64,000 nt of DNA, taken from NCBI RefSeq assembly GCF_024521635.1, contig NW_026250419.1, positions 372,001-436,000 on the forward strand, given 5' to 3'. Below the pieces are notes generated by a model, which did not search any database, was not told the origin of the DNA, and saw nothing but the letters and a program-made list of their open reading frames with translations. Source of the stretch: Tricharina praecox (Eukaryota). Made by a program: the position numbers and the translations under genes. Position 1 is the first letter of the stretch. Each line of letters starts with the position of its first letter. Shown here piece by piece: positions 25,554-37,408 of the stretch.

Positions 25554-26409
25554 CCATACCTGCAGGGCACAGGGCGCTGGGTGCCCCCGTGACGTAGCTT
25601 GGCTGGTTCAGGAATGGAGATAGGCGCCACATGCTTTGGCCCCGCGCCGGCTGCAGCAGCTCGCAGCTCGCAGCCAAACGCGCCCCCACGCGAAGACCAT
25701 CGTCTCTGGCCGCTTCGGTACGATACCACGTGACTCGTCTCTGAAGAGTACGAACGCCATCTGCTCCCACGGCTTCCGCTTCATCTACTCTCCGCGGCTA
25801 TCCTGCGACTTCTATGTCTCTATCTCGTGCATTTCACTTTCCCCGTCAATGCGCTCACATGTTTTCGCCGTCCCTGGCTCCGTGAGTCCTTGCCAGTTCC
25901 ATCCGGTTTTGGCCTTGCTTCTGGCCTTCCGTTCGTTCGCTTAGGCCCTCCCTCCCTTCCGGCCTGCGCTGACATGTGAAGGCACAACAAGAACATGGCC
26001 CGGCCTATCTTCGACAAAGAGATACGCACGCCAATCTTCAGGCCGGCCAGCAATCCCCCCCGACCGCTGTCCCTCCGCTTTCACATGCCAATTAAAAACT
26101 CGGACGGCAAGAAAACCAACGAAAGCCTCCTGCGCACGCTGCCATCTTCTTCCAGTCCCTTCCCTTCCCCTCCCCAACTGCTATCAATCGATCGATCAGC
26201 AAACGGCGATACTACTATCGGAACATCTCGCGACGTGCCAGGAGACCATCCACCCGGCAATCAGCCCATCCCATCTACACGCGACCCATACTATACTGGC
26301 CCTCATCTACCCTGTGTCTGCACCACCCGACGAACTTCCGCCAACTACTCCAACCCTATCAGCCCTGAATTGAGCAACTCAGCATTGAAATCCAATCCAA
26401 TCCACAACG

Positions 26410-27323
26410 ATGGCTCCGGTCCCAGCCCCAGAACCGCACGACGATCCCCTCGTCCACAAAACCCGTCTGATCGAAGGTGCCCCCCCTTTCGACTCCCCCC
26501 CTCGCACCGCCCACTAACCCCACCAGAAATTCTCTCCACCTCCGACCTCTACCGCGTCCTCGGTGCCAGCCGCGGCAGCTCCAACAACGACCTACGCAGA
26601 CACTACCTCGACCGCTGCAAAGTAGTGCACCCCGACAAGCTCCCCAGCCACCCCCTCAGCACGCCGGCCTTCCAACGCCTCTCGCACGCCTACGAGAGGC
26701 TGCGCACGCCCACTCTGCGCGCGCAATACGACCGCACCTCGCCGCGGCGCACGCCGCAGTCCCCCTCCAGCATCGGCGTGGAAACGACCTTCCGCGGCGC
26801 GGTCCTCAGCATCCTGCAAGAGTTCCTGCACGGCGATTTCCAGCTGGTGCGCCGGCTCCTGGGCGCGCTGGGTAGGCAGTATCCAAACCTGGTCAATGAC
26901 GAGGTCGTGACCAGCCTGGAACGGAGCTTTGCCCGCATGCGCGAGCTCGTCCTCACTACTCAGACGTATGCCCTGCTGCTGAGCATCGAGCTTGGGCGCC
27001 TCCACCGCGTGCAGAAGAGGTTGATGGGGCTGGGGTACTTCGATGTGGTGGGCCGCATGCGTGTGGGGATGCAGCTGGTCCGGGTGACTTTGGCTATTCC
27101 CGTGCGGGTCGACCGCGCGCTGAGGAGGAAGGAGGAGCGCGAGTGGAAGGCGAAGCAGGAGGGGATTGAAGGGCGCATGGAGGGCGAGATCGGCGCGAGG
27201 CTGCTGAATGAGAGGGTTGCTAAGGTGCTGGAGTTTATTGTCGGTAGTGAGGTCGAGGATATGCCCGAGGATGGACCTGTGAGGTGGGGCGGTGGCTGGA
27301 ATGAAGGCACCAGGGCTGCGTGA
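26410..27323 (+). CDS. J-domain (DnaJ class C) protein (287 aa); exons 26410-26476, 26527-27323
   Basis: DLYRVLG....LRRHYLDRCKVVHPDK......AFQRLSHAYERL....RAQYD. A 50-nt intron 26477..26526 (GTGCCC..ACTAAC..CAG) links an upstream ATG exon in frame. Confidence 0.85.
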
Positions 27324-28647
27324 TGTGATGTTGATGTTGATGTTTGGTTTTGGGTTTTCTTTCTTGAGACGGCGTTCGGGAGTACGAGTGCCTACCTACT
27401 GCTTTTGGTTGTGGTTTGGCTTGGGATATAGACGGTTGTACATGTACTTTGCTTTTCGGGTGGTGGTGGTTGCTGACTGACTCTTCTCATGACGATATGA
27501 CGATATTCGTTCAAATTATCGGTAGCCCTTAGAATGCTACTGGTTTTCATTATGCCATGACATCGGGACCACACATCTCCAAGTACTTAGGGAATGGTAT
27601 CGGAGAGAGAAAAAGAGAACGGAAATAGATGAGTCCGAATTGATTCTGAAAGGCCTGATATTTTCGTCTCAGTTGGTCATGCCTTCGGCCCACTAGGTAC
27701 TCTACTCTATGTTCCAGCTCCAGTCAGATTGTACAGCCTCTCCATGTAGGTAGTTCGGTAGGTAACGACCGACTCCGACCGACTCCCGCCCACTACCCGT
27801 AGTCCCGATGTCCGCTCTCGCCAGATTCACCTTGCGAAGCGGAAGCGCATTTTCGGAGAGTCGAAAAGCCACCGATTTCGCGATAGAAGGGGGATCAAGT
27901 CAAGAAGCAGTGCGAGGGTGAGGGGAAGCAGAGTGTGACCGCAGCTCCGCAGCAGAAGCCTCGTCAATCGACAGACAGGCTGCCTGGCAAAGCGTTGCCT
28001 CATCACTCGACTCGACCTTTTCCGGCACAATGAGCGATTTCTTGGGTACCTATTTCCTTCCTTTTTTGTCTCCTCGCCGGTGGAGTTCCGTGGGGGAGGG
28101 CGGTCGAGGTGATGGTCGGTGGCTTCGTCGTGCTGCGAGCGGATCGGAGTACAACGGGAGAGGACGCGAAGGCTGAAGCCTGAGCAAACTGTGGGTTGTG
28201 CCTACTAACGCCTGGCGACTGGGCAGTGGGGCGAGGTTGATATCACTAATTTTGGGTCCTATACTTATTACTATTACCCCGAATCACATGTGCTCCGCCG
28301 AGAGGGCGGTATGTCGCTCACTGCCGCTCACTGCCGCTCACTACCGCCACGTGCGGATTGATCGATATGGCATGTCTACTCAAAACCCACATATTCTTCG
28401 AAATACGCACATGCGAAGCGCGAGGGATCCTTGGACGAGCAACTGATACTCTGAGATCATCTCGTGTGGTGAGACTGGAGTTTGACCGAGTGACGACTAG
28501 TGATCGCCTCCCGCCACGGAATGGTAATCCATTTCTCCGACTTGTCAGGACTCAGCCGTGAATGGTCGGTGCAGATAGGTAGACAGACAGCAGTAATCGC
28601 TATTGTAATATTCTAGAACCGACAAAAGCACGTTTCCCGCAACCGCG

Positions 28648-29520
28648 CTACGGACTCAACCTCTTGACAGTCCACACCTCGCTGTCGACACTCTCGCGCT
28701 CGTACACAAAGCGATCATGGAGTCTACTCTCCCTGCCCTGCCAAAACTCAACGTATACCGGCCTAACCCTAAGCCCGCCCCAGAACTCCGGCACCGGAAT
28801 CTTCTCTTGACCCTCAAACCTTTTTTCAACCTCGCTGACCCTCTCCTCAAGCGTACTCCTATGCTCAATAACCTCGCTCTGTCTACTAGCCCAAGCACCA
28901 ATCCTGCTGCCCCTAATCCTAGTATCAAAGTACCTTTGACTCTCCTCTGGGACCAGGCGCTCCGTGACACCTTCAACACGCACCTGCCGCTCCATCTCCC
29001 GCCAGTAGAACGTCAGGCTCGCCCACGGATTCCCGCGCAGGTCCTGCGACTTGCGCGACGTCCCAAAGTTGCTGTAGATTACAAAGCCCGTCGGGTCCAG
29101 CTCCTTGAGGTACACGGTGCGCGCGCTGACGCGGCCGGATGGGAGCGAAGCGGTCGAGAGTACGAGGGTCTCCGGCTGGTACACGGATGCCGACTGCGCT
29201 GCTGAGAACCAGCCGTGGAATTGCGTGAACGGCGAGGAGGATAGGTCGGCCGTGGAGAGCGTGCCGCGGGTGTACTGCCCGTCTGCGGGGGCGACTGGGG
29301 GTGTTAGTTGGGGTTTTTAGAGGGGAGGGGGAGGCGGACAGATTAGTTTTTCGCCCGTAGGAGTGGTAGAGAAGGAGGTGGAGGAGGCGGGGGTGGTGTT
29401 GGATGAGCCCATGGAGATGGGCGTGGAGGCGGAGGTGGAAGTGGAATTGGAGGAGGCCATTCTGCGAAGGTTCAGAGGTGGCGTGGTGGTGAAGAGTGTG
29501 CGTGTGAGGTTGCGAAGCAT
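28648..29520 (-). CDS. PDX3: Pyridoxamine/pyridoxine 5'-phosphate oxidase with a mitochondrial-like presequence (275 aa); exons 29520-29340, 29294-28648
   Basis: PFTQFHGWF, VSARTVYLKELD, RQVRVEG, SRIGAWASRQS, PEFWGG, EFWQGRESRLHDRF, RLSP. A 45-nt intron 29295..29339 with an ACTAAC branch site. Confidence 0.95.
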
Positions 29521-29806
29521 ACGATGTGGGTATCAAAGGTGTAGGTAGTCGAAGAGAATAAGTGAACAGAAGAGAAGCTGCCCAGCAGGACAGAAAATGG
29601 CGTGAGAAACAAAAATAGTCCGATCCCCGGAGCAGAACGTAAAGCTTCCTGATCTAGGATTCTAGGGACATTTGCCCCACTGTGTGACCGTGGACCGTGG
29701 AGCGTGGTACGGCGACTTCCGCCCCGCAACGTCATCACGCTCCGATCGCTCACCTTAGTTACGCGCGAACCAGCTCCTTCCCTCCTCCCTCCCCCCACAA
29801 CCCAAG

Positions 29807-30523
29807 ATGACATCCTCACCCCCGCCCCCGCAAGAGCTCGCACACAGCACCTACTACCAGAACGACCTCGCCCTCGTCGAGCCGCACGACCCAGACGCGT
29901 GGAAGCGCGTGAAGCCATATTCCGCGGGCTACCGCCGGCACCCCGTAACCTTCATTCCGGCCGGGCAGACGTCGTCAACGTTCCCGAGCACCTCATCGCC
30001 GCACACGCCCAGCAGCAGCGGGGCGGACGTCGCGGCGCGCTACCTCCGGCTCGTCGGGATCACCTCCTCTGCACCCACACCCGCCGCCGCCCCACCGCCG
30101 GAAAACTGCGCCAGCTGCAACCTCCCCATCGCCACCGGGCACGAGCTGACGCTCGCGCACCAGTCGTCTTTGGAACACAGTTTCCCGCCGCACCACCACA
30201 GACGGGGTGTGGGGCTGAAGATTCTCGAAGAGAAAGGGTGGGATCCCGAGGAGCGCAAGGGGCTCGGGAAGCAGTTGCAGGGCGACCGATACCCCGTCAA
30301 GGCGGTGGAGAAGAAGGATCGTCGAGGACTGGGCGCGACCGCGAAGAAGAAGCCTACGGCGGGCGCAAGGGTCGAGAAGGTAAGGGAGAAGTTGCATGCC
30401 AAGGCGGTCAGGAAGAGGGAGGGCGAGGGGAAGGAGCGCAGGGAGAAGATCATGAGGGAGCTTAGGGGAGGTGTCGATTGGGGCGTCATGATGGGCGGGG
30501 AGGAGATGAAGGGGCTGAGATGA
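29807..30523 (+). CDS. G-patch domain protein with a preceding Cx2C..Hx4H-like motif (238 aa)
   Basis: GVGLKILEEKGWDPEERKGLGKQLQGDRYPVK..K.DRRGLG is a G-patch. CASCNLPIATGHELTLAHQ lies upstream; basic C-terminus. Confidence 0.85.
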   Translation: MTSSPPPPQELAHSTYYQNDLALVEPHDPDAWKRVKPYSAGYRRHPVTFIPAGQTSSTFPSTSSPHTPSSSGADVAARYLRLVGITSSAPTPAAAPPPENCASCNLPIATGHELTLAHQSSLEHSFPPHHHRRGVGLKILEEKGWDPEERKGLGKQLQGDRYPVKAVEKKDRRGLGATAKKKPTAGARVEKVREKLHAKAVRKREGEGKERREKIMRELRGGVDWGVMMGGEEMKGLR

Positions 30524-30947
30524 TGTGGGGCCTTGTAGGAGTGCTCATTACTGCTATTGCTTGGTTTTGCTTGCGTGGGTCATCGGCGTTGGGTTTGCTG
30601 GATTGTGCGTAGAGGAAACGGAACACTCGCTCTAGGATATATACCACTCTTCTCATGAGTTGTCGGCCTCCACTGTGTTGACACAACACACAGAGACATG
30701 TGAACCTGCCGAGTGATTGAATCGTCGCCACGAATCACGCTCCTCGCCACAATCCTCTCCATTTTAAAGCGCAGCTAGTTCGGCAGCAAAATGGAGAATC
30801 TCTCTATTTAGAGTAATAGGTACGAAATTTACCAGCAGCAGATGAACCCAAATCCGTAACAATAAGTATAACAAACGCCGTAACACATGAACGTTAACAT
30901 CAATCCCGCTTTTGGCTTGCATCCCATTCCAGTCACCCGCCCACCGT

Positions 30948-33073
30948 TTATCGACTCCTGGTGGTTCCCATTCCTCTCTTTCCAGCAAACTATGTCTCCC
31001 GTTAGCATCACTGTGCAAGAAGAGAAGGAGAAGGGAGCGTACCAAGTGCTTGGCGATACTGGCAGTCTGGTGCCTATCGGCCTCACCCTGTCTAGCCATG
31101 CGGTTCATCTTCTTCTGACTCAACTTCGCCATCTTCTCAGCCTGGGTTCTGGCAACATCTCCCTCTCCAGTTCCGTCGTCACGTCTGTTCATGCTTCTAG
31201 CCCTGGCCTTCGCCTTTTCGATAGCCTTCTGCTTGTTCTGTCTCGGCACGCTCAAGCCTCTAGCCGCACCCTCGCCATCCTCCATATCCACGTCCTCGTC
31301 GTGGCCACGACGGCCCCGCGACTTGCTTCGTGCACGCTCAGAGATCTTGGTGTGGTCCAGACCAAGCTTGTCAAGATGCGCCTCCATCTCGGAGAGCTTC
31401 TTCGCCGGGCCGTTGGAGCGCGGCATGATGGCGCGGTTCTTGAGTGCCTTCTTTGATCGTGCGGCATTCCGGATGAGCTGCTGCTGCTCGCGGATGTAGT
31501 CGGCCTTCTCTCTGATGTCCATCTCCTCCTCGTCCTCGATGTCTTCGGGCTCGTCGTAGTAGCCCGACGCCTGCAGCTGCTCCTCTTCCTCTTCGAGCGC
31601 GGCGAGCTTGGCGTCGATATCGGGATCGATAAAGTCGTAGACGTTCTTGCCGTTGAACATCTCGGGGATCTTGTCCTGCTTCCAGTCGTCGTCCTCGAGG
31701 AGGTAGTTCTTCTTGAGGTTGATGTTGTAGACACCTGCACCACCATTCTCGGCTTCGAGGTCGCGTTCGAGCTTGCGGCGGTTGGGGTCGTTGATGTCGA
31801 ATTTCATGCGGTTGAGGACGGCATCGGGGATGAATGGCTGGGGCTCGACGCCGCTGAGGGGTCGCGAGACGTGGATACGGTTGAGAATGTTGACGGCCTC
31901 GTCGGAGGCAGCATTGCCAACAGCGTTCTTGAGTTTCTGCTCAACGCGGACGGCGAGGAGACGATCGCAAGCGGTGTTGCGAACCTCCATAACGCCCTCC
32001 TCGGTGTGGCAAGACAGGCGCAACATCTCGACCTCTCCAGTCTTGGTGATGGTCGCCAAAAGCTCCTGCTTCTCGGGATCCAAATCCTCGGGCTGCATGG
32101 CATCGATCTTGTTGACCACGAGGAACACAATTTTGTTCGCGAACAGGGGCTTGATCGAGTGGAACAGCTTCACCTGCGCCTCAACGGTGTATCCACACTG
32201 CTCCGACAGATCGACGAAGTAGAGCACGGCGCTGCGCAGATGCGCAATAGCGGTGATCGATTGCATCTCGATGGTGTTCATCTCCTCGAGCGGGTGGTCG
32301 AGGATTCCGGGAGTATCGATAGCCTGGAATCGCAGGTACTTGTAATCAAAGTGACCGACGTACAAACTTTTCGTGGTGAACGCATACGGCTGCACATCGA
32401 CATCCGCCCTGGTCACGCTCTTCAAGAAACTCGACTTTCCAACATTGGGGTAACCGCAGATCAACAGCGTCCGCGTGTTGGGGTCGATAGAGGGGAGACG
32501 ACCCAAGTGCTGGCGCACCTGCTCGAGGTATTCCAGCGAGCCCTTCAGACGCTTGGTGATTGTCGCCATACGTCCGAGACCCGCGCGCTTCAGCTGCTTG
32601 CACTGGAAAAGTGACTGCGCATACTTGATGAGACGAACATAGTCACGGGCGACTTGCTCGATCAGATGTTTTGCGGTCGACAGCTGACCCAGGGCGATAC
32701 GGAAATGGTCTGCATCGTAGAGCGTGTTCATCAGCGCACTGTGGAACGGATGGATATCCTGCAGTCGCGGGAACGTGTCCAGAATCGCCGAAAGCTTCTC
32801 GTTGAAAGTCTCTGCCGTGTACTTGACTTTACGAGTGTAGAACGCTCGGATACGGGAGATCTTGAAACCGGCACGGATCTGGGTGGGCAGGCGGCGCTGG
32901 GTCCGGGACAGCACGATGTCCAGGAACTCCTGCGACGTCGGCACCGGTGCGATGTTCTTCCAGGTCTATTGGCGGGCGGCGAATAGCGGGGGTCAGCAAA
33001 GCAATGCAAAGCACAGTGGCTGTCGCGCAATCCCGTGACAATGCGGGGGACGGGGGCTACTCACGAGCTGCAT
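30948..33073 (-). CDS. NOG1: Nucleolar GTP-binding protein 1 (657 aa); exons 33073-33065, 32965-31043, 30989-30948
   Basis: [32 protein letters not shown]1 GYPNVGKS, G2 YAFTT, G3 DTPG, G4 NKID and C-terminal [16 protein letters not shown]. Introns 32966..33064 and 30990..31042 are canonical. Confidence 0.97.
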
Positions 33074-35947
33074 CTTTACTGATCGTCTATTTCGGTCGGT
33101 GAAAGATGGCGATACCTGGTGTGGTGGTGTTGTCTGTCAGAAGAGAGAGAGGTCGAGAGAAAGTTTCTACGATAAGATTGGGAGCGCCCACTTCAAAAGT
33201 GTGCTGGAAAAGTTTGTGGTGGGGCTAGCACATGCGCTAACCTCAAGAAGGTTGGTGCATCCGCTTGGGGGCGGATTCATTACCACTCACTCGCCATGTG
33301 ACAAGCTCATTATGATTCGACGACCCAGTCCTTCAGTTCATCCAATAATCCAGGTGAGCAGCTGTCCACTCTCCCCACTCGATATCTCATACTAAGCACG
33401 CTGGCCAAAGCATAACCTACAGGAACGACGAACACCTTGATACGCAGCACCCGTCTGTCTACGTTGTCCATGGCGACTGCGCACACATCACCAGCCACGC
33501 CACATGCCACGCCCGAACGGAGAATACAACTCAAACCGTCCTTCAATCGTTTTCCACCAGCCCTCCCATTCTCCGGTGATCATCGTCAGGATTGAAACGT
33601 CAACCCCCCCCCCCCACCCCCCATCTTTCGCCTGAGGGAGGGGTATGTGGATGAGCTCGGGCGAGCGAGCGAGGGGAATCGCAGGCCGTATGCCTTGGGC
33701 CCATCGATGCCAACAACACCGTTTCCATGGAACAGAACAGCGCCACCGCGTTCGCTGACCGGCCCAGACGTCGTCGTCGACGTCTGCGTCTACGTCGACA
33801 ATACGTATTCGCGGATGTGCGGGGGGGTGTGTGGGGGGAGGGGGGAGGGGTGAAGTATGTATGCGTGTGTGGGTCACAACTTCACCTCCCACTCCCACGG
33901 CATAGCTCGATGTCGTGGCTGGATCCATCTCTAACGTTCGTGAGTTCGACTCGCTGGAGGGTCGGGGGTCGGTGGTGGTGGTGTTTTTTTTTTGTTTTGC
34001 CCCAAACACCACCACCACGGTCCACGCGCACCCCAGCGGCGCAAAATCGACGATTTGTGGTAACGAGGACAGAAAAGATTGGGTAAACCGATGAGATCCC
34101 CTTATGCTGCATGCGTCTGCGGGATGAATGAAGCTGATGATGATAAAGCTGATGACGATGTTCGACCCCATCTTTTCTTTTTTTTTTCTTGCTTCGTTTT
34201 TTTGCTTGCAAAACTGTGCTTCTTTTCGAAAGATCTACAACATGTACGATACGAGAGCTCGAGAGTCGAGTCACCTCCACCAGCTCAGAGCTATCAATTG
34301 ACAACCCGCTGACCACTCGATAGACCAAACAACAGCCTGGCCCTGCCCAAGCCACATCGCTATCGCCGCTGATAATCTCCAACTCGAGTTCGGGAGGGGG
34401 GGGGACGGGTGGTCCAGACTCCAGAACTTCATCTTCTCCACACTCTTCCAGTCACATAGTTGACATGCGCAACGAACGTTGCAGTAGAGTATGGATCGTT
34501 GGGCGGTGATCGACAGAGTCTCACTCGCAATTTCGCAGCTTCCCAGCAGCGCTTCCAACGACAACACTCGGAACCCACCGCAACCCACCCAAACTCCGAC
34601 TCGAGATCTGCTAATTATATACATACATGCGGTATGTACATACATTGTTTTTCAACTGCAATTTCCCCAGGCAGCGAGCAAGTGCGGGGCAGAGTAGAGT
34701 ACTCTACATACATCCATACATACATGGAAACCATCTCCCGCGCGCGAGCGAGCGCCCCAGTAGATACATAGAGTACAGTAGTGGGTATTCAAAGGCAAGC
34801 GTACGTGGCCCATGCATGCCCTCCTCCCCCCCCCAAAGCTCATCCTAATGGCATCGACTTGCTGCCACCACCGCCTCGACCGCCAACCACAGCCGTCGAG
34901 CACACACGCAACGCATGCTAGGTAGGTGGGTAGGTGGGTGGTGGGAACATGGTGTTCCGATAGGCACGGCATGCCGGAACAACTGGACAAATCACTGCCC
35001 ACAGGTTCGCCCTTCGGTCGTTTGCCTATCGCACCATCTATTCAGTACTGCACCTGGAAGGCAAGCAAGCAAGCAATAACACCAACAACAATAACGCACT
35101 AGAGCAAATGGCGGAGAAAGGTAGAAACAGATTAACTTGCCGGGCTGGTGGTTGGGCGGAGACGGTGGTAAACATGTCGGTATATCCGATATCAATGCAA
35201 CTGCAACTGCAACTGCGACAAGACAGACCATTTAAAAGTAGAGTACAGTATAAGCTACCAGCAGATATGAAAGAGGTGAAAAAAAAAGGAAAAAGAAAGA
35301 GAAGCCGGACAAAGACGAAGAAAAAAAAAGTAAAGAACCGAACGGAAAAATCAAAGCTTGATAAGCCACATATCGATACAAGCAACCTCCCGTCGCAGAT
35401 GCCGAAAACAAAAGCTCCAGAAACAGAAACCCCATCCCCCAAACTCCCGCATAAGGCAAGCGAGTACAGATAAACCGCGTTCCAAATGTAGGCACCAAAC
35501 GAACAAAAAAATAACGATAGAGCAAAAACAAAGAAGAAAATCATTCATACCGAGTAGAGTAAAGCATTCCATCCGAACGCCAGACAACAGATGCAAAAAG
35601 CAGTTCACTTCCAACAGTGCAAGGAAACCCAGACGCGAAATACTGTGGCCCCGATCATGAACCAGGTAAAGGAAAGAACTAGGTAGGCATCTATGTCCAG
35701 ATAGCAGGCACAAACGCAAGAAGCTGAAAACAGATGACAAACGGGCTGAAGGAAAAAAAGGTGTCTAGTAATACATCGTTAGAAAGAAAAAAATGGCCTT
35801 AGACTCTCCCTTGAGAAGAGTTGGTGGGCCGTGAATACACCCAACCATCACAGAAAGATTCTTAAGTGCCGTACTCGCAAGCCGATGGGCTCGTACTGCT
35901 CGATCTCGAAGTGATGCACCAAAGTTGGGTGTTGCGGTCGTGACGGT

Positions 35948-37408
35948 TTACGCACGACCACGGCGTCCGTGTCTCATTGTCCACCGTCCCCTTCCTCTTC
36001 CGCCAGCACCTCCTCCTCCGGCTCCTCCCTCTCCGGTTCTGCCCAATGCAGGGCTGCCATTTCCCTTTTGGATCCTGGTATTGGCATCAAACTGGGCACG
36101 CGTAAGGAAACTTCTCTCCTGGCGCTGCCCCCTACCTCCTCGGCGGGAATTGCGATTTCCGGGTTGGTGTGAGGTTTTCTTGTACTTGCTCCTCGCATCG
36201 TAGGGCAGGCCTCCCGACTCGGATTGCCTCCTCTTCTCCAACTTTTCCAACTTTTCCTCGAACTTCTTGTAGCCCTCTTTGGCTTCCTCGGTCGTTTTGG
36301 CCCTCCACTTTTCCCACAGCTCCAATTCACCGGTAGGATCATCCGCGAAGAGCTTGTCTTGCTGTTTATCTCTCCTGTTCCAGCGATTGGGATCGCGCCT
36401 CGCCAGCTCCACCTGACCGACCGTAAAACCGGCACTGGGGATCATGTTTTCAGCGTAGTAGTTGGTCATTGGGACAAACTCAAACTCCTCGCGTATGCCT
36501 CCCAGGTCGTTGGCAGTCTTCTCGGCATTATCCTGGAGCATCCTAAGGATTTTCTCGTGTGGATCCAAAGTGATCTCGCTGAACTCCTTCCGGGCCATCC
36601 TATCGAGAATCCGTGACCACCACCACTGGTAGACATCCGCCATGTGGTGCAGCATTCCAGAACTGTTGATATACTGCGCGGCACGCCTGCAGATTTCGGT
36701 GTCCTCGCGATACTTCTCGACAAACAAGTCTGGGTTCTCCACGGCTTCAGATGTTGGCTCGGCGAGCAGCGAGTGATCTGGAGGGATCGGGGGCCTGAGC
36801 TGCCTCGGAGGCAGTTGGTTCGGCTGCGACGGCTCGCTGGGCCGGCGGGGCCGGTTTCGTGGCTTGTTGCCAGAAGGCTGCTCCTGCCGAACACTGCCAT
36901 TGGCGCCAAGGACCGGCCACTCACAGCCCGGGGGTGGATTGCGGATTCGTGCAGCTAGTAAACCAGCAGCGCCGTGAATCAGATTGTTGTTGTTGTCACG
37001 CGGCACCTCTAGATGGCCGGAACGATCGTGGTAGGCTCGATGAGCTGGATGAGCTGCTTGCGGTCGCGGCGATTGCGGCAGTGGTCGGGGGGGAGGAAGA
37101 GGAGGAGGAGGAGGTAGTGTGGACAAGTGCTGCATGGAGCCGGAGTGGTCGCTATTCCTGCGGTCACCCCAGGAGGAGGGCGTGGACGACGACGACGACG
37201 ACAACCACGGCGACCGGGGCTCGGTGGACGATGCATCGGAGAAGTTGTGGGGAGGAGGCCGGTAGCGAGCAGGCTCCACCTGCGGTGGTGGTTGGTAGGG
37301 TCCTGCTGCAACCGGCAAGGTGTCTTGGTGTGCACCACGACCGCCGCCTTGTTGCCAGCTGTCTCCACGCGGAGACCAGGCTTTAGAGGTACTGCTGTCA
37401 GAGCGCAT
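35948..37408 (-). CDS. Hypothetical protein (486 aa): Pro/Ser-rich N-terminus, helical core, RGG-rich C-terminus
   Basis: 1.46-kb uninterrupted ORF; first ATG at 37408 within ORF 35948..37513. Central region of globular composition (DLFVEKYREDTEICRRAAQY...ELWEKWRAK). No family recognised. Confidence 0.7.
   Translation of the reverse strand: MRSDSSTSKAWSPRGDSWQQGGGRGAHQDTLPVAAGPYQPPPQVEPARYRPPPHNFSDASSTEPRSPWLSSSSSSTPSSWGDRRNSDHSGSMQHLSTLPPPPPLPPPRPLPQSPRPQAAHPAHRAYHDRSGHLEVPRDNNNNLIHGAAGLLAARIRNPPPGCEWPVLGANGSVRQEQPSGNKPRNRPRRPSEPSQPNQLPPRQLRPPIPPDHSLLAEPTSEAVENPDLFVEKYREDTEICRRAAQYINSSGMLHHMADVYQWWWSRILDRMARKEFSEITLDPHEKILRMLQDNAEKTANDLGGIREEFEFVPMTNYYAENMIPSAGFTVGQVELARRDPNRWNRRDKQQDKLFADDPTGELELWEKWRAKTTEEAKEGYKKFEEKLEKLEKRRQSESGGLPYDARSKYKKTSHQPGNRNSRRGGRGQRQERSFLTRAQFDANTRIQKGNGSPALGRTGEGGAGGGGAGGRGRGRWTMRHGRRGRA

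Noticed and set aside
25995..26409. N-terminal part of the 442-aa ORF upstream of the J-domain
   Set aside because: A spliced model from the ATG at 26410 with a canonical 50-nt intron fits better. The upstream part looks like promoter/UTR shared with FIG4.
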